Shown here: in pieces, positions 9,615-19,706 of the stretch
How the letters are laid out: each line of letters opens with the position of its first letter
How positions within the stretch are numbered: the first letter of the stretch is position 1
DNA from: an uncultured Gemmatimonadales bacterium
GTDB lineage: Bacteria > Gemmatimonadota > Gemmatimonadetes > Longimicrobiales > RSA9
NCBI GenBank assembly: GCA_963816355.1
Contig: CAWFKH010000003.1
Location: 1,536,001 to 1,600,000, forward strand
DNA: 64,000 bases
Direction of reading: 5' to 3'
Notes under the pieces: generated by a model
What the model was told of the DNA's origin: nothing
Seen by the model: only the letters and a program-made list of their open reading frames with translations
The model's database searches: none
Translations under genes and position numbers: made by a program

Positions 9615-11992
9615 GCCAGCTCCGCCACGGTGACGCCGGTCCCGCCCTCCCCGATTCCGCCGACGCGGAACGCGCGCACGCGGGAGTCGGCGCGCAGCAA
9701 CTCTCCCACGACTTCGCGCAGCGCGCCGGTCCCCTTGCCGTGGATCACGCGCAGACTCGGCAGATCGGCGCGCAGCGCCGCGTCGAGCGCCGGCGCGAGC
9801 CGCCCCTCGACCTCTTCCGCTCGCAGCCCGCGCAGGTCGATCTCCGTCACCGGCTCGACGTCCGGTCCGCTCCACCCGCCGCCGAAGCTCCCGCCCGCCG
9901 GCGCCGGCCGCGGCTCCGGCTCCTCCGCGCGCGCCACATCCGAGAGCGCCACCTGCAGCTTCACGCCGCGCGACTCGATCGTGGCGCGGCCGTCCCGCAC
10001 TTCGAGCACACGCCCGGACGCGCCGCCGCGCGCGACGTAGACCCAGTCGCCCTCGCGCGGCGGTTCCGCCTCCACGCCGCCGCGCCGCCGCGGCAGCTCC
10101 GGCGTCCGCTCCGCCTGCTCGCTCGCCGCCGCCTCCACGCGCCGCCGCGTCTCGCGCGCCAGCTCGTCGAACGCCGACGCGTCCGCGCCACGCACCGCCT
10201 CGCGCAGGTCCCGGATCGCCGACTCCACCTCGCCGCGCGCGGAGAGCAGGATGTCACGCGCCTGCTGCCGCGCGGTTTGCTCCGCCTCGCGCTCGCGCCG
10301 CTCGACCGTGCGCTCGCGTTCCTCCACCTCCCCACGCAGCCGCTCCGCCTCGCGGCGCGCTGCGTCGGCTTCCGCCACCGCCTCCCCGAGCCGGCGGTCC
10401 TTGTCCTCGAGCTCGACCAGCAGCTGGCCCGCGTCCCGCTCCTCGTCGGAGAGGCGGGCCTCGGCCTCGCTCAGCAGCGCTTCCGGGAAGCCGAGCCGGC
10501 GCGCGATCGCCAGACCGTAGCTGCGGCCGGGCAGCCCCTTCACCAGGCGGTACGTGGGACGCAGCCGCTGCGAGTCGAACTGCAGCGAGCCGTTCACGAC
10601 GCCCGGCTCCTCACCCGCCAGCGCCTTGAGCTCACCGAGATGCGACGTCGCCACGCTCAACGCCCCGCGCCGCGTCAGCTCGACCAGGATCGCCTGCGCG
10701 AGCGCGCCGCCCTCGGCCGGATCGGTGCCGCTGCCGATCTCGTCGATCAGCACCAGCGACTCCGGACCGGCCGACTCGACGATCTCGCGCAGGTTGCGGA
10801 GGTGGGCGGAGAAGGTGGAGAGACTCGCCTCGATCGACTGCTCGTCGCCGATGTCCGCGAAGAAGTCGCGGAAGACCGGCAGCCGTGTCCCCGCTCCGAC
10901 CGGCGGCACGACGCCCGCCTGCGCAAGCGCGCTGACCAGGCCGATCGCCTTGAGCAGCACCGTCTTGCCTCCGGTGTTGGGCCCGGAGACCAGCAGCGTC
11001 CGCTCGCCCGCCTCCAGCGCCAGATCGAACGGCACCACCGCGCCCTCGCCCTCGAGCAGGAGCGGGTGGCGGCCGTCCACCACGACGTAGCTCGACGAGC
11101 CGGGCGGCAGCATCTCCGGGCGCCGCCCGTTGCGCTGGAGCGCGTAGCGGGCACGAGCACGGAGCGAATCGAGCGCGACGAGCGCTTCGAGCGTCGTCGT
11201 CAGCTCCTCCCGGCGCGGTCGCAGCAGCGACGTCAGCTCGCGCAGGATCCGCTGTACCTCGCGCGCCTCGCCGAGCTCCAGCTCCCGCAGCCGGTTCATC
11301 AGCTCGATCGCCAGCGGAGGCTCGACGAAGAGCGTGGCCCCGGAAGCGGATTCGTCGTGCACGATGCCGCCCACGTCGCCGCGCCCTTCGCGCCGGATCG
11401 GCACGACGTAGCGACCGTCGCGCACCGATACCGATGCGTCGGCGACGCGGAAACGCTCCGGCAGCGACGCAACGAACGACTCGAGCTGCTGCACGATGCG
11501 GGAGCGCGCCGCGCGCAGCTCGCGGCGGAGGCGGGCGAGCTCGGAGGAGGCCCGGTCGCGTACCTCGCCGGCGTCGTCGATCGCCGCGCCCACGCGCTTC
11601 GCCTCCTCGTCGAAGCGCCCGAGCCGGCCGGCGATCTCGACCAGCAGCGCGTACTCCGCCGCCTGGCGGGTGATCGAGGCACGGGTCTGCGATGCGGACT
11701 CGATCAGGACGACGGCGTCGCGCAGCCACGGCCCCTCCCACACCGAGCCCTCGACGGCGAGGCGGCGCAGCGCTGCGCGCAGATCGGGGATCGCCGGAAT
11801 CGCCCAGCCGTCGTCGCGCAGGAGGAACGCCGCGAGCTGATCGACGCGGCGCAGCTCCGGCTCGATCCACGCGATCGCGTCCGTCGGCTCGAGGGCGCGC
11901 ACCGCGGCGGCGCCGAGCGGGCTGGACGCGTGCCGCGCAACGGCGTCGAGCGCGTCGCCGAGCTGGAGCACGTCCAGCGCGTGCGGGTTCAT
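9611..11992 (-). CDS. mutS2: MutS2 endonuclease/ATPase with Smr domain
   Basis: GPNTGGKT Walker A, DIGDEQSI, LSTFS, DEIGSGTDP; C-terminal IHGKGTG Smr domain. Confidence 0.95.
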   Translation of the reverse strand: MNPHALDVLQLGDALDAVARHASSPLGAAAVRALEPTDAIAWIEPELRRVDQLAAFLLRDDGWAIPAIPDLRAALRRLAVEGSVWEGPWLRDAVVLIESASQTRASITRQAAEYALLVEIAGRLGRFDEEAKRVGAAIDDAGEVRDRASSELARLRRELRAARSRIVQQLESFVASLPERFRVADASVSVRDGRYVVPIRREGRGDVGGIVHDESASGATLFVEPPLAIELMNRLRELELGEAREVQRILRELTSLLRPRREELTTTLEALVALDSLRARARYALQRNGRRPEMLPPGSSSYVVVDGRHPLLLEGEGAVVPFDLALEAGERTLLVSGPNTGGKTVLLKAIGLVSALAQAGVVPPVGAGTRLPVFRDFFADIGDEQSIEASLSTFSAHLRNLREIVESAGPESLVLIDEIGSGTDPAEGGALAQAILVELTRRGALSVATSHLGELKALAGEEPGVVNGSLQFDSQRLRPTYRLVKGLPGRSYGLAIARRLGFPEALLSEAEARLSDEERDAGQLLVELEDKDRRLGEAVAEADAARREAERLRGEVEERERTVERREREAEQTARQQARDILLSARGEVESAIRDLREAVRGADASAFDELARETRRRVEAAASEQAERTPELPRRRGGVEAEPPREGDWVYVARGGASGRVLEVRDGRATIESRGVKLQVALSDVARAEEPEPRPAPAGGSFGGGWSGPDVEPVTEIDLRGLRAEEVEGRLAPALDAALRADLPSLRVIHGKGTGALREVVGELLRADSRVRAFRVGGIGEGGTGVTVAELA

Positions 11993-12005
11993 CGTCGTGC
12001 GTCCT

Positions 12006-12443
12006 TCAGGCCAGCTCCTCGCGTACGATGCGGTTCGCCTCGCGGCCGTCGAAGCGGCCCTTCAGCGCCGGCATGATCCGCGACATCACGGCGCCCACAT
12101 CGCCGGCGCCGGCCGCGATCGCCTCGCGCACGCGGGCGCGCACCTCCTCCTCGCCGAGCGCCGGCGGCAGGTAGCCGGACAGCAGCAACGCCTCGCGATC
12201 CTCGCGATCGGCGAGCTCCGGGCGGCCGCCGGCGCGCATCTGCTCGGAGGCCTCCCGGCGGCGCTTGATCGCGCGCGTGAGCACCTCCGTCACGTCGGCG
12301 TCGTCCGCCTCCCCGCCCTTCTCGATCTCGCGGTTGCGCACCTCCGACAGCGTCATCGTGAGCAGCGTCGTGCGCTCACGCTCACGCGCGCGGCGGGCCG
12401 CGTTGAGGTCCGCGCGCAGCCGATCCTTGAGTGATTCCGCCAT
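12006..12443 (-). CDS. GatB/YqeY domain protein
   Basis: MAESLKDRLRADL...IKRRREASEQ...YLPP...GAVMSRIMP; start ATG 12443. Confidence 0.9.
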   Translation of the reverse strand: MAESLKDRLRADLNAARRARERERTTLLTMTLSEVRNREIEKGGEADDADVTEVLTRAIKRRREASEQMRAGGRPELADREDREALLLSGYLPPALGEEEVRARVREAIAAGAGDVGAVMSRIMPALKGRFDGREANRIVREELA

Positions 12444-12508
12444 CGCCTCCCGCCTCCATCGCCCGGAACCGGCGGCCCGGGCGGATCCCGGGCGCCGGCA
12501 CCCGATTC

Positions 12509-12853
12509 CTACCCCGGTGGCCAGTCGAGGGGCCGGCCGCCGATCACGTGCAGGTGGACGTGCGGCACCGTCTGCCCCGCGTCCGCGCCCACGTTGACGA
12601 CGAGCCGATAGCCGCCGTCGAGGCCCGCCTCGCGCGCCACCTCGCGCGCCACCGCGAAGAGATGGCCGATCAGCCGCGCGTCGTCGTCTTCCATCGCGGC
12701 GATCGACTCGATGTGGCGACGCGGCACCACGAGCACGTGTGTCGGCGCCTGCGGGTTCACGTCCCGGAACGCGACGCTCTCCTCGTCGCTGTGGACCACC
12801 TGCGCGCGGATGTCGCCGCGCGCGATGCGGCAGAAGATGCAGTCGTCGGCCAC
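12509..12853 (-). CDS. Histidine triad (HIT/HinT) nucleotide-binding protein
   Basis: CIFC and GQTVPHVHLHVIGG motifs. Confidence 0.95.
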   Translation of the reverse strand: MADDCIFCRIARGDIRAQVVHSDEESVAFRDVNPQAPTHVLVVPRRHIESIAAMEDDDARLIGHLFAVAREVAREAGLDGGYRLVVNVGADAGQTVPHVHLHVIGGRPLDWPPG

Positions 12854-12936
12854 CGCTCTCCTCCTGTCTCACGTCACTATTCGTCCGCCCCGCACGCGGT
12901 GGAATACTGGCTCCCCCACGAACCGGAGGCACGCCG

Positions 12937-13530
12937 ATGGACCCCTTGTTGCCCCACCTTGCCGCGACGCTCGCGGCGGAGCCCGAGCTGGGCGTCGCGT
13001 TCGACCGCATCGCCGAGCGGCTGCGCCCCTGGATCGGACGCGGCATCGACGCCGACGACCGCATCCGCGAGGTGGTCGAGCGCCACCCCGACACCCTTCG
13101 CTACCTGCGCCCGCTCGACCCCGGCGGCCCCTCCGTCCGCTGGGCCGCGGAGGAGGCCGCGTGCTACGAGACCGCCCTGAAGCGCGCCGGTCTCGTGCAC
13201 CGGCCGCGGGTCACGCTGCTGCCGGACAGCGCGAGGCGCCCGCCGGACGGAGCGCTCCGCCACCTCGACGCCACGTTGCTCGCGCTCTCCGCCCGGCAGG
13301 CCACGGACGGTGCCTGGCTCGCGCACGCCTTCGCGCGCCGCGACGCGATCCTCCACAGCCTCCGGCACGAGGGACGAGCGCCCCGCGCGCCGGCATCGCC
13401 GCACGCCGGGCCGCGGCTGCGGAAGGCGCGCCCGCGCGGGAGGCTCACGGACGCAGAAGCAATCCGCTCCACCACTCGTGCTCCCAGTCCTCGGCCTCGA
13501 TCAGGAAGCCGGCGGCGTTACCGGCCGTGA
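12937..13530 (+). CDS. Hypothetical protein
   Basis: GGAGG RBS before ATG 12937; protein-like composition in the otherwise empty HIT-prmA gap; the 3' end overlaps prmA by 86 bp. Confidence 0.6.
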   Translation: MDPLLPHLAATLAAEPELGVAFDRIAERLRPWIGRGIDADDRIREVVERHPDTLRYLRPLDPGGPSVRWAAEEAACYETALKRAGLVHRPRVTLLPDSARRPPDGALRHLDATLLALSARQATDGAWLAHAFARRDAILHSLRHEGRAPRAPASPHAGPRLRKARPRGRLTDAEAIRSTTRAPSPRPRSGSRRRYRP

Positions 13531-14353
13531 CCACGTCCCCCGCCTCCGCCTCGAGGATCCCGGAGAGGATCGCGTGGCCGCCCGCCGTCAGCGCCGCGGC
13601 GAACGCCGGCAGGAGCGGCACCAGCACGCCGCTCAGGATGTTGGCCACGATCAGATCGAACGCGCCGAGCCCGGCGAGCTGCGCCGGTTCCGCGTGGACG
13701 TGCCGAACCTCGACGAGGTCGGCCACCCCGTTGCGACGGACGTTGGCGCGCGCCGCCGCGACCGCGTCGGCGTCCTCCTCCAGCGCAAGCACCCGGCCGG
13801 CACCGAGTCGCGCGGCGGCGATCGCCAGGATTCCGCTCCCGGCGCCGACATCGAGGACGCGGTCGCCCGGCTGCAACACGAGCTGGAGCAGGCGCAGCAC
13901 GCCGCGCGTCGTCGCGTGCTCTCCCGTCCCGAACGCCATCTCGGGATCGAGCGTGAGGACGACGTCCTCGGGCGCGGCGTCCGGGCTCGTCCAGCTCGGC
14001 GCCACGATCAACCGCCCGCCCACCCGGCGCGGCGAGAGGCCGCGCTTCCACTGTTCACTCCAGTCGCGGTTCGGCACCCACTCCAGCCGCAGCACGACGG
14101 CGCTCCCGCTCGCCGCCTCGAGCCGGCGGCGCGCCTCGGCTTCCACTGCGGCGGCGTCCTTCGCCCGCAAGTGGGTCGTCAGCCACCCCTCGGCCTCCTC
14201 GACCGCCGATCCGCCGAGCGCGAGCAGCGCCGCGACGAGGTCCGCCGCGCGCGTCTCCGCGGCCGCGCCCTCCGCGCTCTCCGCGCTCTCCGGTGCGCTG
14301 CGCTCGTCGGCCGCCGCGCGGACGGAAAGCTGAAGCCAGCGCTCGCTCGTCAT
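13445..14353 (-). CDS. prmA: 50S ribosomal protein L11 methyltransferase
   Basis: LDPEMAFGTGEHATT, VLDVGAGSGILAI, VANIL and LSGI motifs; start ATG 14353. Confidence 0.93.
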   Translation of the reverse strand: MTSERWLQLSVRAAADERSAPESAESAEGAAAETRAADLVAALLALGGSAVEEAEGWLTTHLRAKDAAAVEAEARRRLEAASGSAVVLRLEWVPNRDWSEQWKRGLSPRRVGGRLIVAPSWTSPDAAPEDVVLTLDPEMAFGTGEHATTRGVLRLLQLVLQPGDRVLDVGAGSGILAIAAARLGAGRVLALEEDADAVAAARANVRRNGVADLVEVRHVHAEPAQLAGLGAFDLIVANILSGVLVPLLPAFAAALTAGGHAILSGILEAEAGDVVTAGNAAGFLIEAEDWEHEWWSGLLLRP

Positions 14354-14540
14354 GGTGCGACGCGGCGAGGGCGAGGCACGCTCGTGCCGGAGGCGGACCG
14401 GCCGCGGCGCGGACGAGGACGGGTGTGGCAGACCATGGCCCAAGATACCGGTCGCACGGGGATGGTCGCCACCGCCCGCCGCGCTGGTCCGGCCCTTGCG
14501 CCCGCTGCCCGGGGGGCGGCTCTCGGCAACGGCGGGATGC

Positions 14541-15725
14541 ATGGCAGACACGCGACTCATCGAAGCAGGCGGTCCGGGCGAGGCGTGCGGGCGGCTGGCG
14601 GCGCAGTTGGAGCACCGCCGCCACCAGCTCACGCGCACTTGGCTGGAGACGCTCGAGACCAATCGGCCCGCGTCCTCGTCGCGCCCGCTCCCCCGCGACC
14701 TGCTCCTCGCCTGCGTGCCCGACATGCTCGCCGACATCGCCTCCTGCGTCGCGGGCGAGATGGACGACCTGCGACACGAAGACGCGGTCGCGCGCATCCG
14801 GCACTTCGCCACCGAGCGCTTCGAGCACGGCTTCGACGTGCAGGAGGTGCTGGAGGAGGCGCAGGTGCTCGGAGACCTCCTCTTCGTGGACGCGGACGGC
14901 GGCGACGGGGGCGACGCACGTCCGGTGCGGCGGCTGCACCACGCGCTCATGGAGCTCGCCACCATCATCGCGGGCATCTATCAGGAGCTCGGGTTCCGCC
15001 GCCAGCGCGACACGTCCGAGCGTATCGAGCGCTTCACCCGCACCCTCTCCCATGAGCTGAAGAACCCGATCGGCACGGCACAGGGCGCCGCCCAGCTCCT
15101 GTGCGACGAGGGGATCGCCGCGGATCCGGAGCAGCGGCGTCGCTTCGCCGCGATCGTGCTGCGCAGCATGGATCGCGCGGAAGCGCTGGTCGAAGACGTG
15201 CGCGCGCTCGCTCGGCTCGGCCACGTCGAGAACCGCGCGGCCGACATCGCGCCGCTTCGCGACGTCGTCACGGACGTGGTGTCCGCCTACGCCCACGCCG
15301 CCTCCGAACGAAACGTGCGGATCGCCGTCGACGACGACCTTCCCGCCGCACCCGTCGATCGACGTCGAGCCGAGCTCGTCCTCGCCAACCTCGTCGGCAA
15401 CGCGGTGAAGTACAGCGATGGAGCCAAGCCGGATCGGTGGGTCCGCATCGCCGTGCGCTCGAACGGCGAAGGCACGTGGCGCGTCGAGGTCCGCGACAAC
15501 GGCGTCGGCATCCCGGAATCGCAGCGCGGCCGCCTCTTCGAACGCTTCTTCCGCGGCGCCACCGCAGACGAGCCCGGCAGCGGCCTCGGCCTCGCGATCG
15601 CGCGGGAGGCGGCGCATCAGATCGGGGCGCAGATCGACTTCGAAAGCAGCGCGGGCGCCGGTTCGAGCTTCCGCGTCGTCCTGCCGGAGGCGAACCCGCC
15701 GGCACCGCCGGAACTCGTTCAGTAG
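14541..15725 (+). CDS. Soluble sensor histidine kinase (helical RsbRD_N-like N-terminus + HisKA + HATPase)
   Basis: HELKNP H-box, NLVGNAVKY, DNGVGI and GSGLGLAI motifs; no transmembrane segment seen. Confidence 0.88.
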   Translation: MADTRLIEAGGPGEACGRLAAQLEHRRHQLTRTWLETLETNRPASSSRPLPRDLLLACVPDMLADIASCVAGEMDDLRHEDAVARIRHFATERFEHGFDVQEVLEEAQVLGDLLFVDADGGDGGDARPVRRLHHALMELATIIAGIYQELGFRRQRDTSERIERFTRTLSHELKNPIGTAQGAAQLLCDEGIAADPEQRRRFAAIVLRSMDRAEALVEDVRALARLGHVENRAADIAPLRDVVTDVVSAYAHAASERNVRIAVDDDLPAAPVDRRRAELVLANLVGNAVKYSDGAKPDRWVRIAVRSNGEGTWRVEVRDNGVGIPESQRGRLFERFFRGATADEPGSGLGLAIAREAAHQIGAQIDFESSAGAGSSFRVVLPEANPPAPPELVQ

Positions 15726-16195
15726 GCGACCGCGTCGATGTCCGGAGATGCCGCGAACTCCCGCAGCGCCTCGGCCGGCGCACGGCCGTCGTTCAGCAGG
15801 GCCGCGAGACGGCGTACGCTCGTCCGCAGCCGCCACTCACGGGGCGCCTCGTCCGGATCGGGTCGCTCGCTCACCCAGGCGGGGGGCGTGGTCTGGAGGC
15901 TCGGCGCATCGGCCTCTCCGCCGCTCGCCTCGACGATGCCGACGCCGCAGCGGACCAGCTCGAAGGCGAACGCCGGCTCGACGCCCTCCTCGATCGCGAT
16001 CTCGTAGATGCGCTCGGCGAAGGCGCGCTCGACACCCAGCTCCGCTCCGGCCCACTCCACGATCTCCTCGTGGCGACGCAGGAACGCCGCCTCCGCCTCG
16101 ATCCGCAGCGCGCGTCCCTTCAGGCACTCGACGCCGCGATCGCGGGCTCGCTCGCCGGCCGAGCCGCTGCCGGCCGCCTTCCCTCGATCCCTCAT
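15719..16195 (-). CDS. Hypothetical protein
   Basis: Protein-like 158-aa ORF downstream of dnaJ; start uncertain (16195 or 16240). Confidence 0.65.
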   Translation of the reverse strand: MRDRGKAAGSGSAGERARDRGVECLKGRALRIEAEAAFLRRHEEIVEWAGAELGVERAFAERIYEIAIEEGVEPAFAFELVRCGVGIVEASGGEADAPSLQTTPPAWVSERPDPDEAPREWRLRTSVRRLAALLNDGRAPAEALREFAASPDIDAVAY

Positions 16196-16274
16196 CCGCG
16201 CACCCCCGGTTCCGTTGCACTCGATCGGGGGAAGGAGCAAGCGGCGTACCCGCTCCTCGCACGGGGCGGCGTCG

Positions 16275-17438
16275 TCAGGCGCTGAACGCCTCCTTCACCT
16301 TGTTCCAGAAGCCGCCGCCCTCCGCCCGCTCGACCCGCTCCGGTGCGGGCGACTCCACTTCCGCCAGCTTTCGCAGCAGCTTCTCCTGTTCGCGGCTGAG
16401 CTCGGTGGGCACCCAGACGAGCAGGCGCACGATCTGATCGCCGTGGCCGCCACCCCGCAGGCGCGGCAAACCGCGGCCGCGCATGCGCAGCAGCCGGCCG
16501 GATTGGGTGCCGGGCGGCACCTTGAGACGCGCGCTGCCGGCCACCGTCGGCACCTCCACCTCCGTGCCGAGCGCCGCCTGCGTGAACGTGATCGGCAACT
16601 CGAAGACGAGATCCGCGCCATCCCGCACGAAGCGCGGGTCCTCCGCCACGTCGAGCACGACGACGACGTCGCCCGCTGGCCCGCCGCGCTCCCCCACGCT
16701 GCCCTCCCCGCGCAACGTGATGTAGTCGCCCGTCGACACGCCGGCTGGGACGTCCACCTCGATCGTCTTCTCGCCGGCGCGCGTTCCGCTGCCGCCGCAC
16801 GCGGCGCACGGGTTCGCGACCGTCTCGCCGGTGCCCGCGCAGGTGGGGCACGGCGTCAACGTCACCATCTGCCCCAGCATCGAGCGCTGCATGCGGCGCA
16901 CCTCACCGGCGCCGCCGCAGGTGGGGCACGACGTCGCCACCTCGCCCTCCCGACCACCGCTGCCGCCGCACGCCTCGCAGCGATCATGCACGCGCAGCCG
17001 CAGCGTCTTGTGTACGCCGGAAGCAACCTCCTGGAGCGTCAGCGGCAGGCGGATGCGCGCGTCCGCGCCCTTGCGGGAGCGGGCACGGCGCCGGCCGCCG
17101 CCGCGACCGCCGAAGAGATCCTCGATCCCGAAGCCGCCGAAATCGCGCATGAAGATGTTGAGCGCGTCGGTGAAGTCGAAGCCGGCGAAGCCGCCCGGAC
17201 CGCCGGCGCCAGCACCGCGCACGCCGGCATGGCCGAAATGGTCGTAGGCGGAGCGCTTGTCGGGATCACGCAGGACCTCGTACGCCTCCGTCGCCTCCTT
17301 GAAGCGCTCCTCCGCCTCGGGTGAGCCGTCGTTGCGGTCCGGGTGGTGCTCCAGGGCGAGACGCCGATAGGCCTTCTTGATGGTGTCGCCGTCCGCATCG
17401 CGGGCGACGCCCAGGATCTCGTAGTAGTCGCGCATCAC
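16275..17438 (-). CDS. dnaJ: Chaperone DnaJ
   Basis: HPD J-domain, G/F-rich region and four CxxCxGxG repeats. Confidence 0.97.
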   Translation of the reverse strand: MMRDYYEILGVARDADGDTIKKAYRRLALEHHPDRNDGSPEAEERFKEATEAYEVLRDPDKRSAYDHFGHAGVRGAGAGGPGGFAGFDFTDALNIFMRDFGGFGIEDLFGGRGGGRRRARSRKGADARIRLPLTLQEVASGVHKTLRLRVHDRCEACGGSGGREGEVATSCPTCGGAGEVRRMQRSMLGQMVTLTPCPTCAGTGETVANPCAACGGSGTRAGEKTIEVDVPAGVSTGDYITLRGEGSVGERGGPAGDVVVVLDVAEDPRFVRDGADLVFELPITFTQAALGTEVEVPTVAGSARLKVPPGTQSGRLLRMRGRGLPRLRGGGHGDQIVRLLVWVPTELSREQEKLLRKLAEVESPAPERVERAEGGGFWNKVKEAFSA

Positions 17439-17457
17439 GCTCCGATTTCAGCTTCGT

Positions 17458-18516
17458 TCAACGGCCGTCGTCCGGCCCCAGGATCTGCGACAGGAGCTGA
17501 CTCGCCGATTCTACGATCCCCACCACCTTCTCGTACGGCATGCGGGTCGGCCCGATCACCCCGATGACGCCGCTCAGGCGCCCGGAGCGGTAGACCGACG
17601 TGACCAGCGTGAAGCCGGAAAGCTCCGGCTGCTCGTGCTCCTCGCCGATCGTGATCTCGAGCGCCGTCTCCCGGCCCCGCGTGCGCAGCGCGCTGTCGAG
17701 CAGCTCGCGCTGCTCCGTCAGCTCGATGAGGCTCTTCAGGCGGCTGCCACTGGCGAACTCCGGCTGGTTCGCCAGCACGCTCGTGCGGCCCAGATGGAGC
17801 CGCTCCCCCGCCGCGTCGTCGAGCTGGAACAGCTCCTCCCCCGATTGCAGGAAGATGTTGAGCAGCTCCGCCGCCTCGTCGTCCGCCGCCGAGTCCCGCA
17901 GCCGTTCCGGCAGCGTGTCGTGGATCTCGCGCAGTGTCTGCCCCGCCAGCCGCTCGTTCAGCACCATGTTCACCGCCACCAGCGTCTCCGGCGGCACGGA
18001 CACCGGCACGTCGACGTAGACCGTCCGGATCACGCCGCTGCGCAGCGTCAGCACGAGAAGCACCTTGTCCGGCGTCGCCGAGAGCAGCTCGAGCTTCTCG
18101 AGCACCGCCTCCTCGAGCTGCGGCCGGACCGCCAGGCCCAACTCGCCGGAGAGGATCCCCAGCGCCTGCGCGGAGCGCCGCAGCAGCCGTTCCAGCCCCG
18201 TCGCGGCATCCTCCAGCAGCTCCTTGCGCAGGTGCCGCGCCTCGCGCGACGTGAGCGGCACCGGACGCATCAGCGAATCGACGTAGAACCGATACGCCCG
18301 GTCCGTCGGCACCCGCCCCGCCGACGTGTGCGGGTGGAAGAGGAAGCCCTTGTCCTCCAGATCCGCCATCGTGTTGCGGATCGTCGCCGGCGAGATCCCG
18401 AGGTCGTACCGCCGCGCGACCATACGGCTCCCCGCCGGCTCCGCCGAGTCGACGAAGGAGCGGATCACGGCCTCGAGGACCTGTCGCTCGCGATCGCTGA
18501 GCTGTTCTTCTCTCAT
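17458..18516 (-). CDS. hrcA: Heat-inducible transcription repressor HrcA
   Basis: SPATIRNTMADLE, HTSAGRVPT and IGPTRMPY motifs. Confidence 0.96.
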   Translation of the reverse strand: MREEQLSDRERQVLEAVIRSFVDSAEPAGSRMVARRYDLGISPATIRNTMADLEDKGFLFHPHTSAGRVPTDRAYRFYVDSLMRPVPLTSREARHLRKELLEDAATGLERLLRRSAQALGILSGELGLAVRPQLEEAVLEKLELLSATPDKVLLVLTLRSGVIRTVYVDVPVSVPPETLVAVNMVLNERLAGQTLREIHDTLPERLRDSAADDEAAELLNIFLQSGEELFQLDDAAGERLHLGRTSVLANQPEFASGSRLKSLIELTEQRELLDSALRTRGRETALEITIGEEHEQPELSGFTLVTSVYRSGRLSGVIGVIGPTRMPYEKVVGIVESASQLLSQILGPDDGR

Positions 18517-19706
18517 TCCCTCTCCTCGCGACGCCGGAACGAATGTGCCGCGCCGCCGGAACGAGCGTCAAGCGCCCCCCGCCGGCCGCACTCCGCCAGC
18601 TCCACCGAGAGCCGATCGAGCAGCAGCCAGCCGGCCGGCGTGAGCCGGATGCGGCTTCCGTCCCGGTGCGCCCAGCCGCGCTCCAGCCACATGGGCAGCA
18701 GCGACGCCTCCGCCGCCGGCCACTCCGCGCGCGCCACGCCTTCGCGCGTGCGCAGACCGAGCCAGGCGTGTTCCAGCCTCGACGCCTCCTCGTCCAACGA
18801 CTCCGTACCCTCGACCGCGTCCCCGCCCTTCAGCGCCCGCCCGCGGTAGGCCGCCCAGTCCCGCGTGTTCCACCACCGCCGCGGCGGCACGAACGAATGC
18901 GCCCCGGGGCCGAGGCCGAGGTAGGGCGAACCGTCCCAGTACGCCGCGTTGTGGCGGGAGCGCTGTCCCGGCCGCGCGAAGTTCGAGACCTCGTAATGCT
19001 CGAATCCCGCGCCCTCAAGGCGGGCCGCCGCCTCCAGGTACTCCGCCCCGTAGCGCTCCTCCGCGGGCATCGCCTCTCGACCCTCCCGCACGCTCCGCCC
19101 CAGCGGCGTCGCCGGCTCCGCCGTAAGGCCGTAGAGCGATACGTGGTCCGGATCAAGGGAGAGCAGGCGCTCCACATCCCCACGCCAATCGCGCGGAAGC
19201 CGCTCCGGCAGACCGAAGATGAGGTCGAGGCTGATGCTGGCGATCCCGGCCGCACGGCCCGCCGCCACCGCCCGCGCGGGTCCCTCCGCCCCGTGCAGCC
19301 TCCCCATCCAGCGCAGCGTCGCCTCGTCGAAGCTCTGCACGCCGAGGCTCACCCGGCCTACGCCCGCGCGCCGCCAGTCGGCCGCCAGCGAGGCGTCGAA
19401 GCTCTCGGGATTCGCCTCCACCGTCCACTCGACGTCGCCGGCCAGATCCACGTGCCGCGCCAGACGACGACGCAGCTCCGCCATCGCGCCGACGCCGAGC
19501 GTCGACGGCGTGCCGCCGCCCACGTACAGCGTCCGCAGCCGCAGCCCCTCCCAGCCGTGCCGCGCCAGCGCGCCGCGCAGCTCCGCCTCGATCGCGTCCA
19601 GCCACGACGTGAGCGGCGGCCGTCGCGTCGCCGTGACGGCGAAGTCGCAGTAGCCGCAGCGCCGCAGGCAGAACGGAACGTGAACGTAGAGGCTTTCCGG
19701 CTTCAC
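18513..19706 (-). CDS. hemW: Radical SAM heme chaperone HemW
   Basis: YVHVPFCLRRCGYCDF, GGGTPS, YEVSNFA and HNAAYW motifs; GTG start 19706. Confidence 0.93.
   Translation of the reverse strand: MKPESLYVHVPFCLRRCGYCDFAVTATRRPPLTSWLDAIEAELRGALARHGWEGLRLRTLYVGGGTPSTLGVGAMAELRRRLARHVDLAGDVEWTVEANPESFDASLAADWRRAGVGRVSLGVQSFDEATLRWMGRLHGAEGPARAVAAGRAAGIASISLDLIFGLPERLPRDWRGDVERLLSLDPDHVSLYGLTAEPATPLGRSVREGREAMPAEERYGAEYLEAAARLEGAGFEHYEVSNFARPGQRSRHNAAYWDGSPYLGLGPGAHSFVPPRRWWNTRDWAAYRGRALKGGDAVEGTESLDEEASRLEHAWLGLRTREGVARAEWPAAEASLLPMWLERGWAHRDGSRIRLTPAGWLLLDRLSVELAECGRRGALDARSGGAAHSFRRREERE

Noticed and set aside
9611..11992. MutS as mismatch-repair MutS1
   Set aside because: It lacks the mismatch-binding N-terminus and has an Smr domain, so it is MutS2.
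12854..16274. Plus-strand insertions as a mobile element or genomic island
   Set aside because: I saw no transposase, integrase, terminal repeats, tRNA site or evident compositional shift.
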